Source: Takakia lepidozioides
Taxonomy: Eukaryota; Plantae; Bryophyta
DNA length: 64,000 nt
Direction: 5' to 3'
NCBI GenBank assembly: GCA_030704615.1
Contig: CM060731.1
Coordinates: 36,828,001-36,892,000 of the forward strand
Shown here: positions 13,301 to 24,310 of the stretch, piece after piece
How the letters are laid out: each line of letters starts with the position of its first letter
Numbering within the stretch: position 1 is the stretch's first letter
Made by a program: the position numbers and the translations under genes
Notes under the pieces: generated by a model
What the model was told of the DNA's origin: nothing
The model's input: the letters and a program-made list of their open reading frames with translations, nothing else
Databases searched by the model: none

Positions 13301-13761
13301 TCTTGCATCAATAGATGGCTGTCACTTGCATTTTTTGCAGAAGATGATGAATCTGAATACAGCTGTCATTTAGGGCAGAATAGAACAACCCTCACCCCCT
13401 GTTCCCAGCTTTAACCGTGCCTCTCCAATTCTACAAGCATTGATAGATTTCAGTCCAGGACACCCTTGTCATGAAAACATCTGTATGTGGAAGGTTCTGT
13501 TAGTGGGGAAAGATTGAATAAGACTGAAAGAAATCCTTCATAGCATGGGAGAGATCTGCTTGGTAAACAATCTACCTGAATTACTTTGGCAAATTCTTGC
13601 AGAGTCTCATGAACATGACGTGCAGAGCTCCATTGGTGACCTCGCACCAACACCGTAAATTTCACTTTCTCAGTTCCAGCACAAGGCACACTTGCCTTCC
13701 CAGCCATCATCCACCAGTGGGCTGCACCTTCATATTTTGAACAGCAGGGTACACATGACAT
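10314..13761 (-). CDS. RWP-RK domain transcription factor
   Basis: Exons 13761 (or ~13710)-13576, 13248-11998, 11663-11514, 11340-11185, 10841-10314, all phase 0. Domain: LKMSDLSAHFHLSVVDAAKKLGVSQTTLKKACRKFGLKRWPGRK|VRSLE, followed by a helical segment. The start codon and last-exon linkage are less certain. Confidence 0.85.
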
Positions 13762-13949
13762 CTGCGCTGTTTTTTCACATAGGATCGCTCATGACACCTA
13801 GATGATGAACATGGGATAGGTGATGATCACATGGGATCATGGTTAGCTGAAGGTCGGGTAAGCCACAAAGAGCCACAAATGTAGGCTAATATGAGTGTGC
13901 TGGTCTCCCCACCTTGCATGCATATGTTATATAGGCCGTCGAAGTCATT

Positions 13950-16510
13950 GACTTGGATACCTGTGCTGCTGCAGGAGAACTAGCCCAACCTGTAGCATTT
14001 TTTCATCCACATGAGATGACACCTGCATTGTTGCACAAGACCTCATCAGTACTTTGAAAGAGTAGAAAAGAGTTGCCGAAAAATTGCTTAGAAGTGGAAA
14101 CCAAATGACACACTTCCAGTGACTACAGGCCGTGAATGGACTACGCTCCAGCAAGAAGCTGGGCATTGCTCCCAGTAGCTCAACACCGAGACATGGCAAT
14201 AAAGTCTGCATTACGTTAGAAAGGAAATTTATGAACATTGTTGATTACTTCCATATGACAGGATATCCACACGGTAAAAAACCATCACAAAATCAGCTGG
14301 CCACGGGGAACAGATGCTTGCATCCACAATCTCGTCGAGAATTCCTAATGGCGGTACTGTTGTAAGGTGTAGAGTAGTGTACATGCCCGTTTTCCTATTG
14401 CCACGTGGGCGAATATAACCTAATCAACAATCCAGTGATTTTCTTAATCATATGTCCATACACATGCACAGTCAAGCTGCTCTGCATAATTTCGCAACTT
14501 TGGACTCTCTATCCCGTACAAGTTAGAACCTGCTCCTGAAGGATTGAGCTTGGCTGCTGTTGTTGATACCTCAGCTAGTACGACAATCGATTTTCTAGTG
14601 TAAAAATGTGTTGATCCACTCACATGGGGTTAGGTGAAGATTCAAAGACCAGCCCAATCTGTTTCACTACAGGCGATGCATCGGACCTGGTTGATCAAGT
14701 GGAACAAAAGAGAGCAGACACTACCTTTGTGAGAAGCTCACTCCAGTGGGACCTACTTTAGTTCACACTTTGATCCTTTTACTGTTTCCGAAGCATTGTC
14801 TAGTTCACATGCTTCTCAGTGGAAAGCAGCCATGGAGGCTCAGTATAACTCTATACTAGGACAGCATGTATTGCAACATTTAAGTGTTGTTCCGATACCA
14901 CAACCTGGCCAACTTGCTCCGACAGCATTGGGTCAAGTCTCCACAACTGACTCTACAACTGGGGTTTGGAGAAACCGTGAAGCTGTTCCCATCACTTATG
15001 TTGAAATTTTGCAACTTTTGCGTGAAGATCCTTCCAACTTTTCTGGCAATTTCCTCACTACCTTCACTGGGAATCTGTCCACTCCCTTTAGAAATTATTC
15101 CTCAACCATTTTTCCAGATAGGCCTGCAACCTATCTGGTGGAAGAGGAACACACCGAGAGATTCTGTGGATGCCAGGCTTGCAGGGGTGATGGCAGTGAC
15201 AACTGCACAGGCAGCAGGAGGACATCCAATCACAGCAGCTACAAAACCACTAACATCAGCGACATCGGTGTTTGTGACAGGTCTAGATGTCTAGATGCAG
15301 ATACCTCTGCAACGTTATACAGTCTCTCGATCTGTAGGGCACCAGATTCGAGTGACCAATAATCTCTTATGATTTGCAAAGGCTAATGGGGAATCACGGA
15401 TGAAAATAAAAAATGCAGCAACTGTCACTCTGCCTAGTGGATACAGTCCAGTCTGTTGGACATGTTTTATTGTCCCTTCTTGACAAAGGAAAAGCTGTTG
15501 ACCTTCTCGTATCGTCATCTGCAACAACAGGCTAAATTTGCCTTCAGGGGATGTGTGCCACACAGGAAAGGAAGCCACTTCTAATTAGTTACTGCGAATA
15601 GCCCAGGCATCACAATACCAAAGCGGTTTTCTAAGTGTGCTCCGATGTTCAAAAGAAGGGAAACAACACCGGTACAATGAAGACCTACTGACAGCAGCAG
15701 ACATTACCCTCTTCAGAATCCGGGTTCATTAGATGTAATTGAATGCGAATTATGGTGTTTAATGAAAGGTAATGCCGGTTCGGGTCTAGTACACATTTGC
15801 AAGTCACCGAAAATTCCGATATAGGACCACTGTCTCCGGAGGCATCTACAAACCCACGGCGTTCAAAAATCGATACACTCGTTCTCTCTCACCCCTCAAG
15901 AATTCCTGTGGTCACATAGGTAGTCATACCTATACCACTGCATTACCGAAAGCCTTTCTCCTTACTAGCTGCATCACACATCAAAATGGGCACGGACGTG
16001 AAACTGACTACTGACTGAGGACGCGACCACAGAGCAGAAGGAGGAAAATTGTAGATAAGTACCTATCACATGAGCAGCAAGGAAGTTCGCCAGAACAAAC
16101 TCGTTAAGTGTCTCAAAGTTTCATGCTCCTTCCAGCGATCCTTCAACACTCAGCTCTACCTCACCTCCAAACAAGCATTCGGATTCCATCCATCAAAATG
16201 GACCAACGCCCCCACCCCGTCCATGGAATTGGCCCCAATCCGGTCGGCCATAGCAAGACCAACAGTCAAGCAAAACCAAAGCAGCAACAGTGCTACATTT
16301 CCTCGACAGCCCACATCAGAACCTCATCTTAAATGCAGTGCGCTGTGTGCGATTGTTGACAGAAACCGAAATTTACGTAACATATAGGCGGGGAACAGAT
16401 GGAGGGGGGCAGAAGAGAGCAGGCAGAGGAAGGTCGAGAGACTCGCGGCAGGGAAGGCAGGGAGAGACGGCACGCGTGCTCTACACGTGGTAGGCCGCAG
16501 ATCTGCCATA
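13950..16510 (-). pseudogene. Decayed duplicate of the 5' half of the Kir-like gene (promoter, 5'UTR exon, fragments of coding exons 2-3)
   Basis: 13955-14150 aligns with 4155-4335 (shared caacctgtag...catccacatgagatgaca.ctgcattgt.gcaca). 14895-15290 aligns with 4770-5045. 16057-16175 aligns with 8545-8642, including the AG|gtactt donor. 16360-16510 aligns with 8820-8945, including the CACGTGG box. There is no open frame and the channel exons are absent. Confidence 0.75.
14772..14858 (+). mobile_element. Ty1/Copia pol fragment (start of RT region) within the Kir relic
   Basis: DPFTVSEALSSSHASQWKAAMEAQYNSIL matches the Copia 'EP.T..EAL.....W..AM..E..SL' motif. Confidence 0.7.
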
Positions 16511-17018
16511 ACTACTCTCCCTTTCTATATTCCTGCCTTCCTTTTCTGCCACTTTTATTCTCTTAACTCCCAGGCTCCTTTAATGTTTTCTGTTTATTGG
16601 CTGCTAAAGCCCCTCTTGTCACTGGACCCACCTTGCTCCTCCCTACTTCCACGGTTATACCCTATTAATTTTACTTTACTCTTTTGTAAACTTCTGTTTA
16701 CCCGCCTTCTTTATTCACCCTCGGTTCCAGGCAATGTTTTTTTTTTCAAATTTGGAAAATAACTGGAGTGGCTACTGAGTTTTGCAGGAACTAGCCATAT
16801 TTTCTGTTCATCCACTGAAATTTGGACAGAATCATCCTCCTCTGTACTTTCATCCATGTATATCATCTATATTAGGCGAAAAAGTGCGAATTTTTTTTTT
16901 TGGAGATCGAAAAAGTGCGAAATTTCGCCGGAAATAAAATCACTGGTGTGAAGCATGGCAGAAAATATGGTCTGCATGGTCTGCTTGGCTTCGCCTTAGA
17001 ACTAATCTCTCTCAAAAA

Positions 17019-17280
17019 ACACCCTCTATTCCTGATGAGGGTTCGACGTCAGCCTCATTTCGGTAATTGTAATAGAGACTCTGAGTTTCTCCTTCCTTTA
17101 TGTGGACGGTGGGATTTTCAGGAAGGCGCTGGGATTTCTCATTTCTTTCATACACCCTCTATTCCTGATGAGGGTTGGACGTCAGCCTCATTTCAGTAAC
17201 TGTAACAGAGACTATGAGGCTTCCTTTATTTGGACGGTGGGCTTTTCGAGAAGGCGCTGGGATTTCTCATTTCTTTCATA
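17019..17280. repeat. Tandem duplication, 2 x ~133 bp
   Basis: ACACCCTCTATTCCTGATGAGGGTT...GGAAGGCGCTGGGATTTCTCATTTCTTTCATA starts at 17019 and, with small differences, at 17152. Confidence 0.9.
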
Positions 17281-18720
17281 TTTGGGAAGATGGGGCTGTG
17301 CTGCCAATTGATATTGCTACATTAACTCAATTGTATGCTCGAAGAGCTCGTGTCTCGTGGCTGTTGGTTTCCTTGCATTTCCCCGATTCCTGGATTCTTC
17401 TCTCTTCCAACCCAGTCGATCTCATCACTCTTCCCGGACTTGGTTTGGATTTTTGGCAGGGTCCTCATCTTTTGCATTCTTTCCTATTTTCGTGTTTATG
17501 ACACCGTGTCCATGGCACCCAACATGGCTGGGAATTTCAAGTGGATGCGATAGATACTCTGCATTCTCCGTCCGGGGATGCTTTTTGGAATGTGAACTAT
17601 TTATGATCAAGGTCTATTGTTTTGCCATAGGTAAAATCAGCCCAATCCCTCCCACGGACATCCATCGAGATGTGGGCAATTTCAGATGGTTCTTGAAAGC
17701 GCCCCTCAGCCTTCTACAATTTGAGCAGGGGAATGGATTTGGATGTCCCAGAAACATCTTTCTTTTTTTCTTACTCGGTCAAATTTGGTTACTTCATATT
17801 AAGGCCTGCCAAATCCTTTGACAGGAAATGGTCGGCAAAATGGGCTATTTGCCCACTGCTCTTGTGATTTGGAACTTAGTTCGGAAAGATATCTGACGTG
17901 AAGACAAGGCTTGGAAGCTTGTCAACGGGATCCTTCATGTTTAGGCTTTCATTTCTGACCAAGCCAACCTCTGCTCTGTCTGCTCATCACAAACGTCCGA
18001 GCTATGGAACATTGTTTACTCGATTGTTTCATTGCAAAAGAGAGCTGAAGATTAGCTGTTCTTTTCTACTCTAATCGGAGGAAATGATCTCTCAGTCTCT
18101 TCCTTCCGCTTTGCTTCTCAAATTTTGCGCTGGTTCTTCCTGGAGCTCTTGTCTGGTTTGGCCGGCTCTTAGGGCTTGGGTCCTTTGGAATATTTGGAAA
18201 TCCAGATTCGGTCTTGTTCATGACAATGTTAGATTTGTATAGGGTTCACTTATACTCTATGCCTAAAGCTCGAAAAGCTCGGCGTGTTTTCTGTGAAGCT
18301 CTTTGCAGATGCGACCAAGACTGTCGAGTACAGCTTCTCACTTGTTAACCTTGAAAGGAAGCCATGAAGGCAGAAGAAGGGGACACTAGCCAGTAACCAA
18401 ATCCCAAGCAGAAGCAAAAACAACAGACAAACAGGAAGAGAAACTAAGAAAAAGGACGTACAAGCTATCACGCCTCCTTTTGGAAGGCTCACATGAAAGG
18501 TGACCCTTGGATTTGCTTTCTCTGAAACTATGACGACGGTGTCTCCGATTTGTAACTTCAGTTTCTTCAGCATATGTCAGAGAAAGGCTGGCAATATGGG
18601 GAGTTTGGGCGCCATAAAATTGCAACTTTCTTTGGTACAGTCGAATCTCGGACTTAATGGTTACCTGTTTATATGTGAAAACATGTCTACTCTGCTCCCG
18701 TGAAAAATACATTAAAAGAA
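17280..18720 (+). mobile_element. Degenerate LINE (L1/Tx1-like) ORF2 3' remnant
   Basis: Broken frames give DKAWKLVNGILHV...CSVC...MEHCLLDCFIAK (zf-RVT-like) at ~17900-18040. There is an A-rich end near 18700-18720. Boundaries are approximate. Confidence 0.5.
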
Positions 18721-19599
18721 ATAGTTAAATGTTTAATATTTTTGTTTTCTTTACTCGTTCCTTCTAGTGTTAGGTGTGTATGGATACTAATTAACTTTGG
18801 TCATCTTATCTATAATCCATAAGTGTGATCTATCTTATTTGTAATCAAAATATGTAACCAATGGTAGCTCTAAGCTGATTATAACCAAGTAGATAATAAA
18901 ATTTTAGCCAATCCGTATTAAGCTTACTGGTAGGTTACGACATGCCTGCTGCATAGTCTCGAAGCAACTGCATAGTCGAGCAAGGAAACATGAACGTTTC
19001 TGGTAGGTGGAGAGAGGTGTGTGTTGCTGTTGTGGAAAAGGAGGGTAGATTAGCTAAGGACTGTGAGCATATATGTGTTTGTAATTGCATAGAATGTGTA
19101 ACATTGAGGTGGATTAGACTCCCTGCAAAGTGTACTTGTAAATTGAATCTTAGAATGAGATTGGCCTTAACTTTGCAATCAGAAGGAAAAGAGCATTTTG
19201 CAAGTGTATTGTTAGATACATGAGATTGATGCCTTCATGATGTGTAAATACAAACAAGGACAATCTTCATACTATTGGCTGGTACTATACAGGTGCGTCG
19301 TATCTACTCCTTATGGATTATTATGCATATTTTGTGGCCGTAAGGCGAAGTCGCTCTTAATTACGCCGGCTGGAGTCTTCTCTCTCTTCTCTCTCTGCAT
19401 ATTTTGTAAGCTTCATATAGATACATACTATATTAGTAGATAGATACATATTATATCATAAGATATGTATATACTAAATATGAATAGTACTGAATCAAAC
19501 GTTACGCCATGCGCCATGATGGTGATGATGGTACATAAATGTTTCATCACCATCAGCCATTGTTGGCGACACACTGGCCTTGTTAATGTATTTGGGAAA

Positions 19600-20010
19600 T
19601 TATATCCTAAAATGCATAGGGAAATAAAGAGGGAATTTTGTTCTATGAATTTTATGAGGGAAATTCATATCTACGGACTTGAATGCAAAGGGGGAAGTTA
19701 ATATATTTGAGGGAGGAAACTATGTCCTAAGATGCATAGGGAAATAAAGAGGGAATTTGGTTCTATGAATTTTAGGAGGGAAATTCATATCATAGGGACT
19801 TGAATGCAAAGGGAATAACTAGGGAAGTTCATATATTTCCAAGGGACTTCAAAGACGGAAATTTATATTATAGAAATTTCAAGGAGGGAAGTTCATACCC
19901 TATGGACTTCAATGCGAGGGGAAATAACTTATAGAGAAGTTAAATGTATCCAAGGGACTTCAAGAGGGAATTATATCCTAAATGCATAGGGAAATAAAGA
20001 GGGAATTTAT
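19600..20010. repeat. Cluster of imperfect repeats (ATGCATAGGGAAATAAAGAGGGAATTT x3 plus GGGACTTCAA subrepeats)
   Basis: The unit recurs at ~19612, ~19732 and ~19982. Probably derived from a transposon. Confidence 0.75.
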
Positions 20011-23000
20011 GGTCTAGGGGACTCGATTAATATCAAGGGAAACAAACAAAGAACCAAAAGCACACATTCAAACTTGCCATATGAAAAGCGGAAGGAAAGA
20101 TATGTATGTTGCAGAAAAAAATAATATATACGCCTGGGACTTGCATTATGAACCTCAACTGTATACTCATAAGTTCTTTGGCCGCATACATCAGAGCCAC
20201 TATATTTACTCTACACATTGAACGTTGAGTTCAAGTATATTGTATATGTCCACAAGCGCCATCATATTTGGTCACTGCATCACTACATGGCCACTCCATT
20301 CGCAAGAGCTGAAGTTCTTACCCCAACTGGATTTAAGAGGAGGACGGAGCCCAAGCCATACTCGAAAATCTAGGAAAGTTCGAGGTAGGAACTAAGAACT
20401 TTACCTCTCGTGAACTATTTGACAATGACCCCTTGCCCATGCCCAGATTACGAGAATGCCCCTGGTTGAGGGCTATAATCAAGAATTGTTTGGGCCAGCG
20501 AAAATCCTATAACAGGGAAATTTTGAGCTTGGGGATGGCACTATATTTACAAAGAGAATTTTCGAGCAATGCTTTACAATCAACCTAAACACCATCGCTG
20601 CCAAAGAATTGCTGCTCCCTGCACTCCATCTTCCTACAACATATGTTTGTGCTGGTTAGTCTGGTCCCTTGTAAACTCAACAACTCTGACATGCCTGCAC
20701 ACAATACACGACAACATTAACGTACACACAACAATATATGTCACATGCATAAGACCATATTGGCAAACAACCACTAACACGTAATTTAGCATCAGACAGA
20801 TTCAAGACCATCACAAGCTGAAAGTCTCAAAACACCTCAAGGAGCACTATAGTGGGTGACATTATAAAAAGTTTGAGCAGACATTAAAGGATAAAGAGGC
20901 AAACAGATAAGAGGCGGAAATGCCCTCTTACCACTTCAAGCTTCAAGAAACCTCCAATACATACCTAGTTTATTTGCAGGTCCTTCTGCATGTGCAAAAT
21001 ACTAAAATCATACAGTGTCAGTGAATAGCAATACCTTGAGCAACTTCCTTGTTTGTCTACAAAGCTGGGTCAAGAATCATTGTCATCTTCCCTGGAAAAG
21101 TATTCAACCGGCTGATCAGATAAAAACTCGAGAGATGGATAGAAAGTAAGGAACGTACAGTTTTTTCAAGCACCTCAAGCCTATTGACTAAAATAATACT
21201 ATCACAACTATATTGCTCTAGATACAAGCGAATCTTTTGCTAGGCTTGCACACATAGATGAATATGTAACAGTAGGTTCTTGAACTCTTGACAAAGTCAT
21301 CGTTGTTTCCTTCATCATTTGTGGATAAAATACAATCCCAAATGTCATCTTCCAAATCGACCTCTAGTGCAACATTCAGATCGAGTTGGAGTTCTGTCTC
21401 AAACTCCACATACTCGTGAGCCGTAATAGTGGGAATAGCCCTGGCAGTCATGATTGAGATATTTGATAATAATCAATTTCTCTCATCTGGTCATCCAAAC
21501 TGATTCTGGACGGAGTAGAGTCATTCAAATCAGTAGTCTCGTAAAGATAATTTCTTATCCCTTCAATAGATCAGTGTTCTCGTGAAGATAATTTTTTATC
21601 CCTTCAACAATTTTAATAAAATTATTGTGCTTCATCTCCTTTACATTAGAAAGGAAGATAATAGGAATAATGTAAGAACTTAATGCACACGTGCAACCTC
21701 TGACAGGATGGTACGCCAGTTTCCGGCATGTCAAATCTTCCCCACCCTCTCTAGAGAGTGACATGGAACTGAAGGAGTGTCAACTCCACTTGGGGTTACA
21801 CGACGAGGTGTGTAACTCCTCTACAGTCGGTGTAACCCACACTTGGTCTCGAAATTTGACTAAGTCCAAATGTGGCTAAGTATAAAATGGACCAACCAGA
21901 GTTACATGAGAAATCAGGGTTACAGAGGGTTACATCAAATGGAAGGTTACATCATCTGGCGTTACATTGCCAGAGCCTCCCGTCAAGAATCGAACCCGAA
22001 ACCTCGCCGCCGTTATTGCTATCGCCTTACCGTTACGCTACCCACCACAACTTGCAACCCACTCGGATTCTTAAGTATTTAATAGTGAAACCAAGGTAAT
22101 AGGGGGTGGGGAGGATTTGACAGGGGCCCCGCCGGAGGAGCCCAGGTTGCCGAAATCCGGCGAAAGTACTGTCAGATCACAAGCGTCCATTAAGTTCTTA
22201 CATTAGTCCTATTATCTTCCCATTAGAAATAAAAAATAAAAAATAAAAACTACTTAGATGAACATGGCCTCTGTTGCATTCAAAGAAACATAAAATTAAT
22301 AATAATAATCAATATCATTTTTTTAAATAATTAAAGGGGGGAAGCAGCCCTCAGTATCCATGTTTAAGGAGAAAATTAATTTTTCCCCATATCAATAAAG
22401 TTTTACTCGGGGCTACTTCCTCGTTTTTAAAAAAATTGTGCTTTTTTTTTTTTTTTTTTTTTTTTGGGATTAAAGGATCACACATCACGTGGGGTTCGGA
22501 AGCCGAGTCCCAGTAGTAAAGCTATGATTTAGGTTAACCAGTCTAGTTTTTATTTCCTTAAGGAAATACTTTATTGTATGTTTTTTTTTAAAGTAAAAAA
22601 TGAAGGAACATAGGCTCCAAGTCAAGAACTTTATTTTGAACATCAAGAATACAATGAAACACCAAGTAGAGTCTGCCATAGATAAATGTTAACGGTCCAG
22701 AGTAGAAAATAAAATAACATTTGGACAAGGTTAACAAATTAACAATTAGGGAGGGATTAATAAAGCTTATAAAATGACATTTACACAACATCCACTAAGT
22801 TCTTTTGCACAAGCAGTTGGAGACCCAATCTCAATACCATATACTTGCAAAACCATGTACTCCCAAAATATCTGATGCAGGTAATAATAATATGTGACGC
22901 CTCCCGAAAGAAGCGTAAATTATGGTGTCTCTAGGGTGTCTCTTGACCCAAAATAACTATTGCCTCTCTGGTAGATAGGTGGACACCTTTGTGACACTAA

Positions 23001-23078
23001 TCGGTGGAGTGAACCCATAACCACTTCCGTGGAGGTATGTGCCCATTACCACTGGGCTTGGTTGTCTCTGATGCATGA

Positions 23079-23345
23079 ACAACTACCACATAGGCGATCA
23101 TATCTCTAAAAAACAACCCTCATCTCAAGAAACACTAATGCTCAACATATGTCTTGTTATATTGTATAGCTTCTAATCACATTAGTATTATTGATGATTA
23201 CCTTCTAATGCAGGTACAACTAGCACATAGGCGATCACATCTCTCAAAAACAACCCCCATCTCAAGAAACACTAATGCTAAACATATGTCTTGTTATATT
23301 GTATAGCTTCTAATCACGTTAGTAGTATTGATGATTACCTTCTGA
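23079..23345. repeat. Tandem duplication, 2 x ~137 bp
   Basis: ACAACTA.CACATAGGCGATCA...TATTGATGATTACCTTCT starts at 23079 and at 23216. Confidence 0.9.
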
Positions 23346-24310
23346 TCCTGTGATTGGTTATATTTTATGATACCTAGCTGGAGCTTATATATGGAGCTTA
23401 TCTCAAGCAAGCTTGAGCATATCTCATATCCTTTATGGGGCATTTAATATTTATTAACGATAAATCAATGAATAGGTGAAGATAAACGTTTGCTAACAAA
23501 TATTAACACTTAACATTTGCTAATGTAGGAATGTAAAATTTCTTAGCATTTATGGTAGTTTAACGTTTGTAGATGTAATATTTATCCACGGTAGACTCTA
23601 GTGCATTTGGGGGGGGGTCTGGACTCAAGAAGGCGTCAAGCAAAATATTTCACCTTTTATTTTGATACACAATCAATCCACTGAATTTGGAGAATTGCAA
23701 GGATGGAGTATGATGTGAGGAATTCTCAGAGCTCGTTGGGGCCTAGTGCCCAAACCCAGAAAAGTGGCAAAGTGCAAAAATTACAGTTGATCCCCCACTC
23801 CAACTCACTAGGACATTAACAAGGCTTATGAACAGGATAGGCTTTAAAATGACTATAAGCAAATTGTATTTGGACAAGACTAGCGAATTACACATCTGTC
23901 TGCAGGAGAGGGGATCCAAAATAGGGCTCGTGAGGTCAATAGATCATCTAAGCATCCATAATCGGCTGATGCTGCATCTCGATCTTGTGATTGGCCGAGA
24001 ACAAGCCGTAGGGTAATCTGTGACCTTCTCCGCATTTATCACATACTGAGCTTGACAAGTAGGTAGGTTGCGTCCTCATTGGTCCACGAATTCTCGCAAC
24101 TTGTCTCGTCTCCGTAACTTGAGTCTTTCCTCTTCCTGCTGAGGAACAACATGATGTTTATACTCAACGTGAGATTGAATACTCAACAAAAATTGAGCAC
24201 TTCATACTCTTCATAGGAATGATTGTTACAAGTTTTATTGGAAGAATGAGTGTCATTCATTTTACAAAGAATGAGTGTTTGCTTCATGATTGGATTGATC
24301 ATCGCTCACG

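Noticed and set aside
14796-15362. 188-aa plus-strand ORF as a gene
   Set aside because: It is a chance fusion of a Copia fragment with the antisense strand of the Kir-gene relic.
20800-21450. Possible hAT transposase C-terminal remnant
   Set aside because: Too degenerate; no convincing motif could be reconstructed.
17019-23345. CRISPR-like or functional arrays in the 133-bp, 137-bp and 19.6-kb repeats
   Set aside because: These are simple tandem duplications without unique spacers, in eukaryotic transposon-derived DNA.
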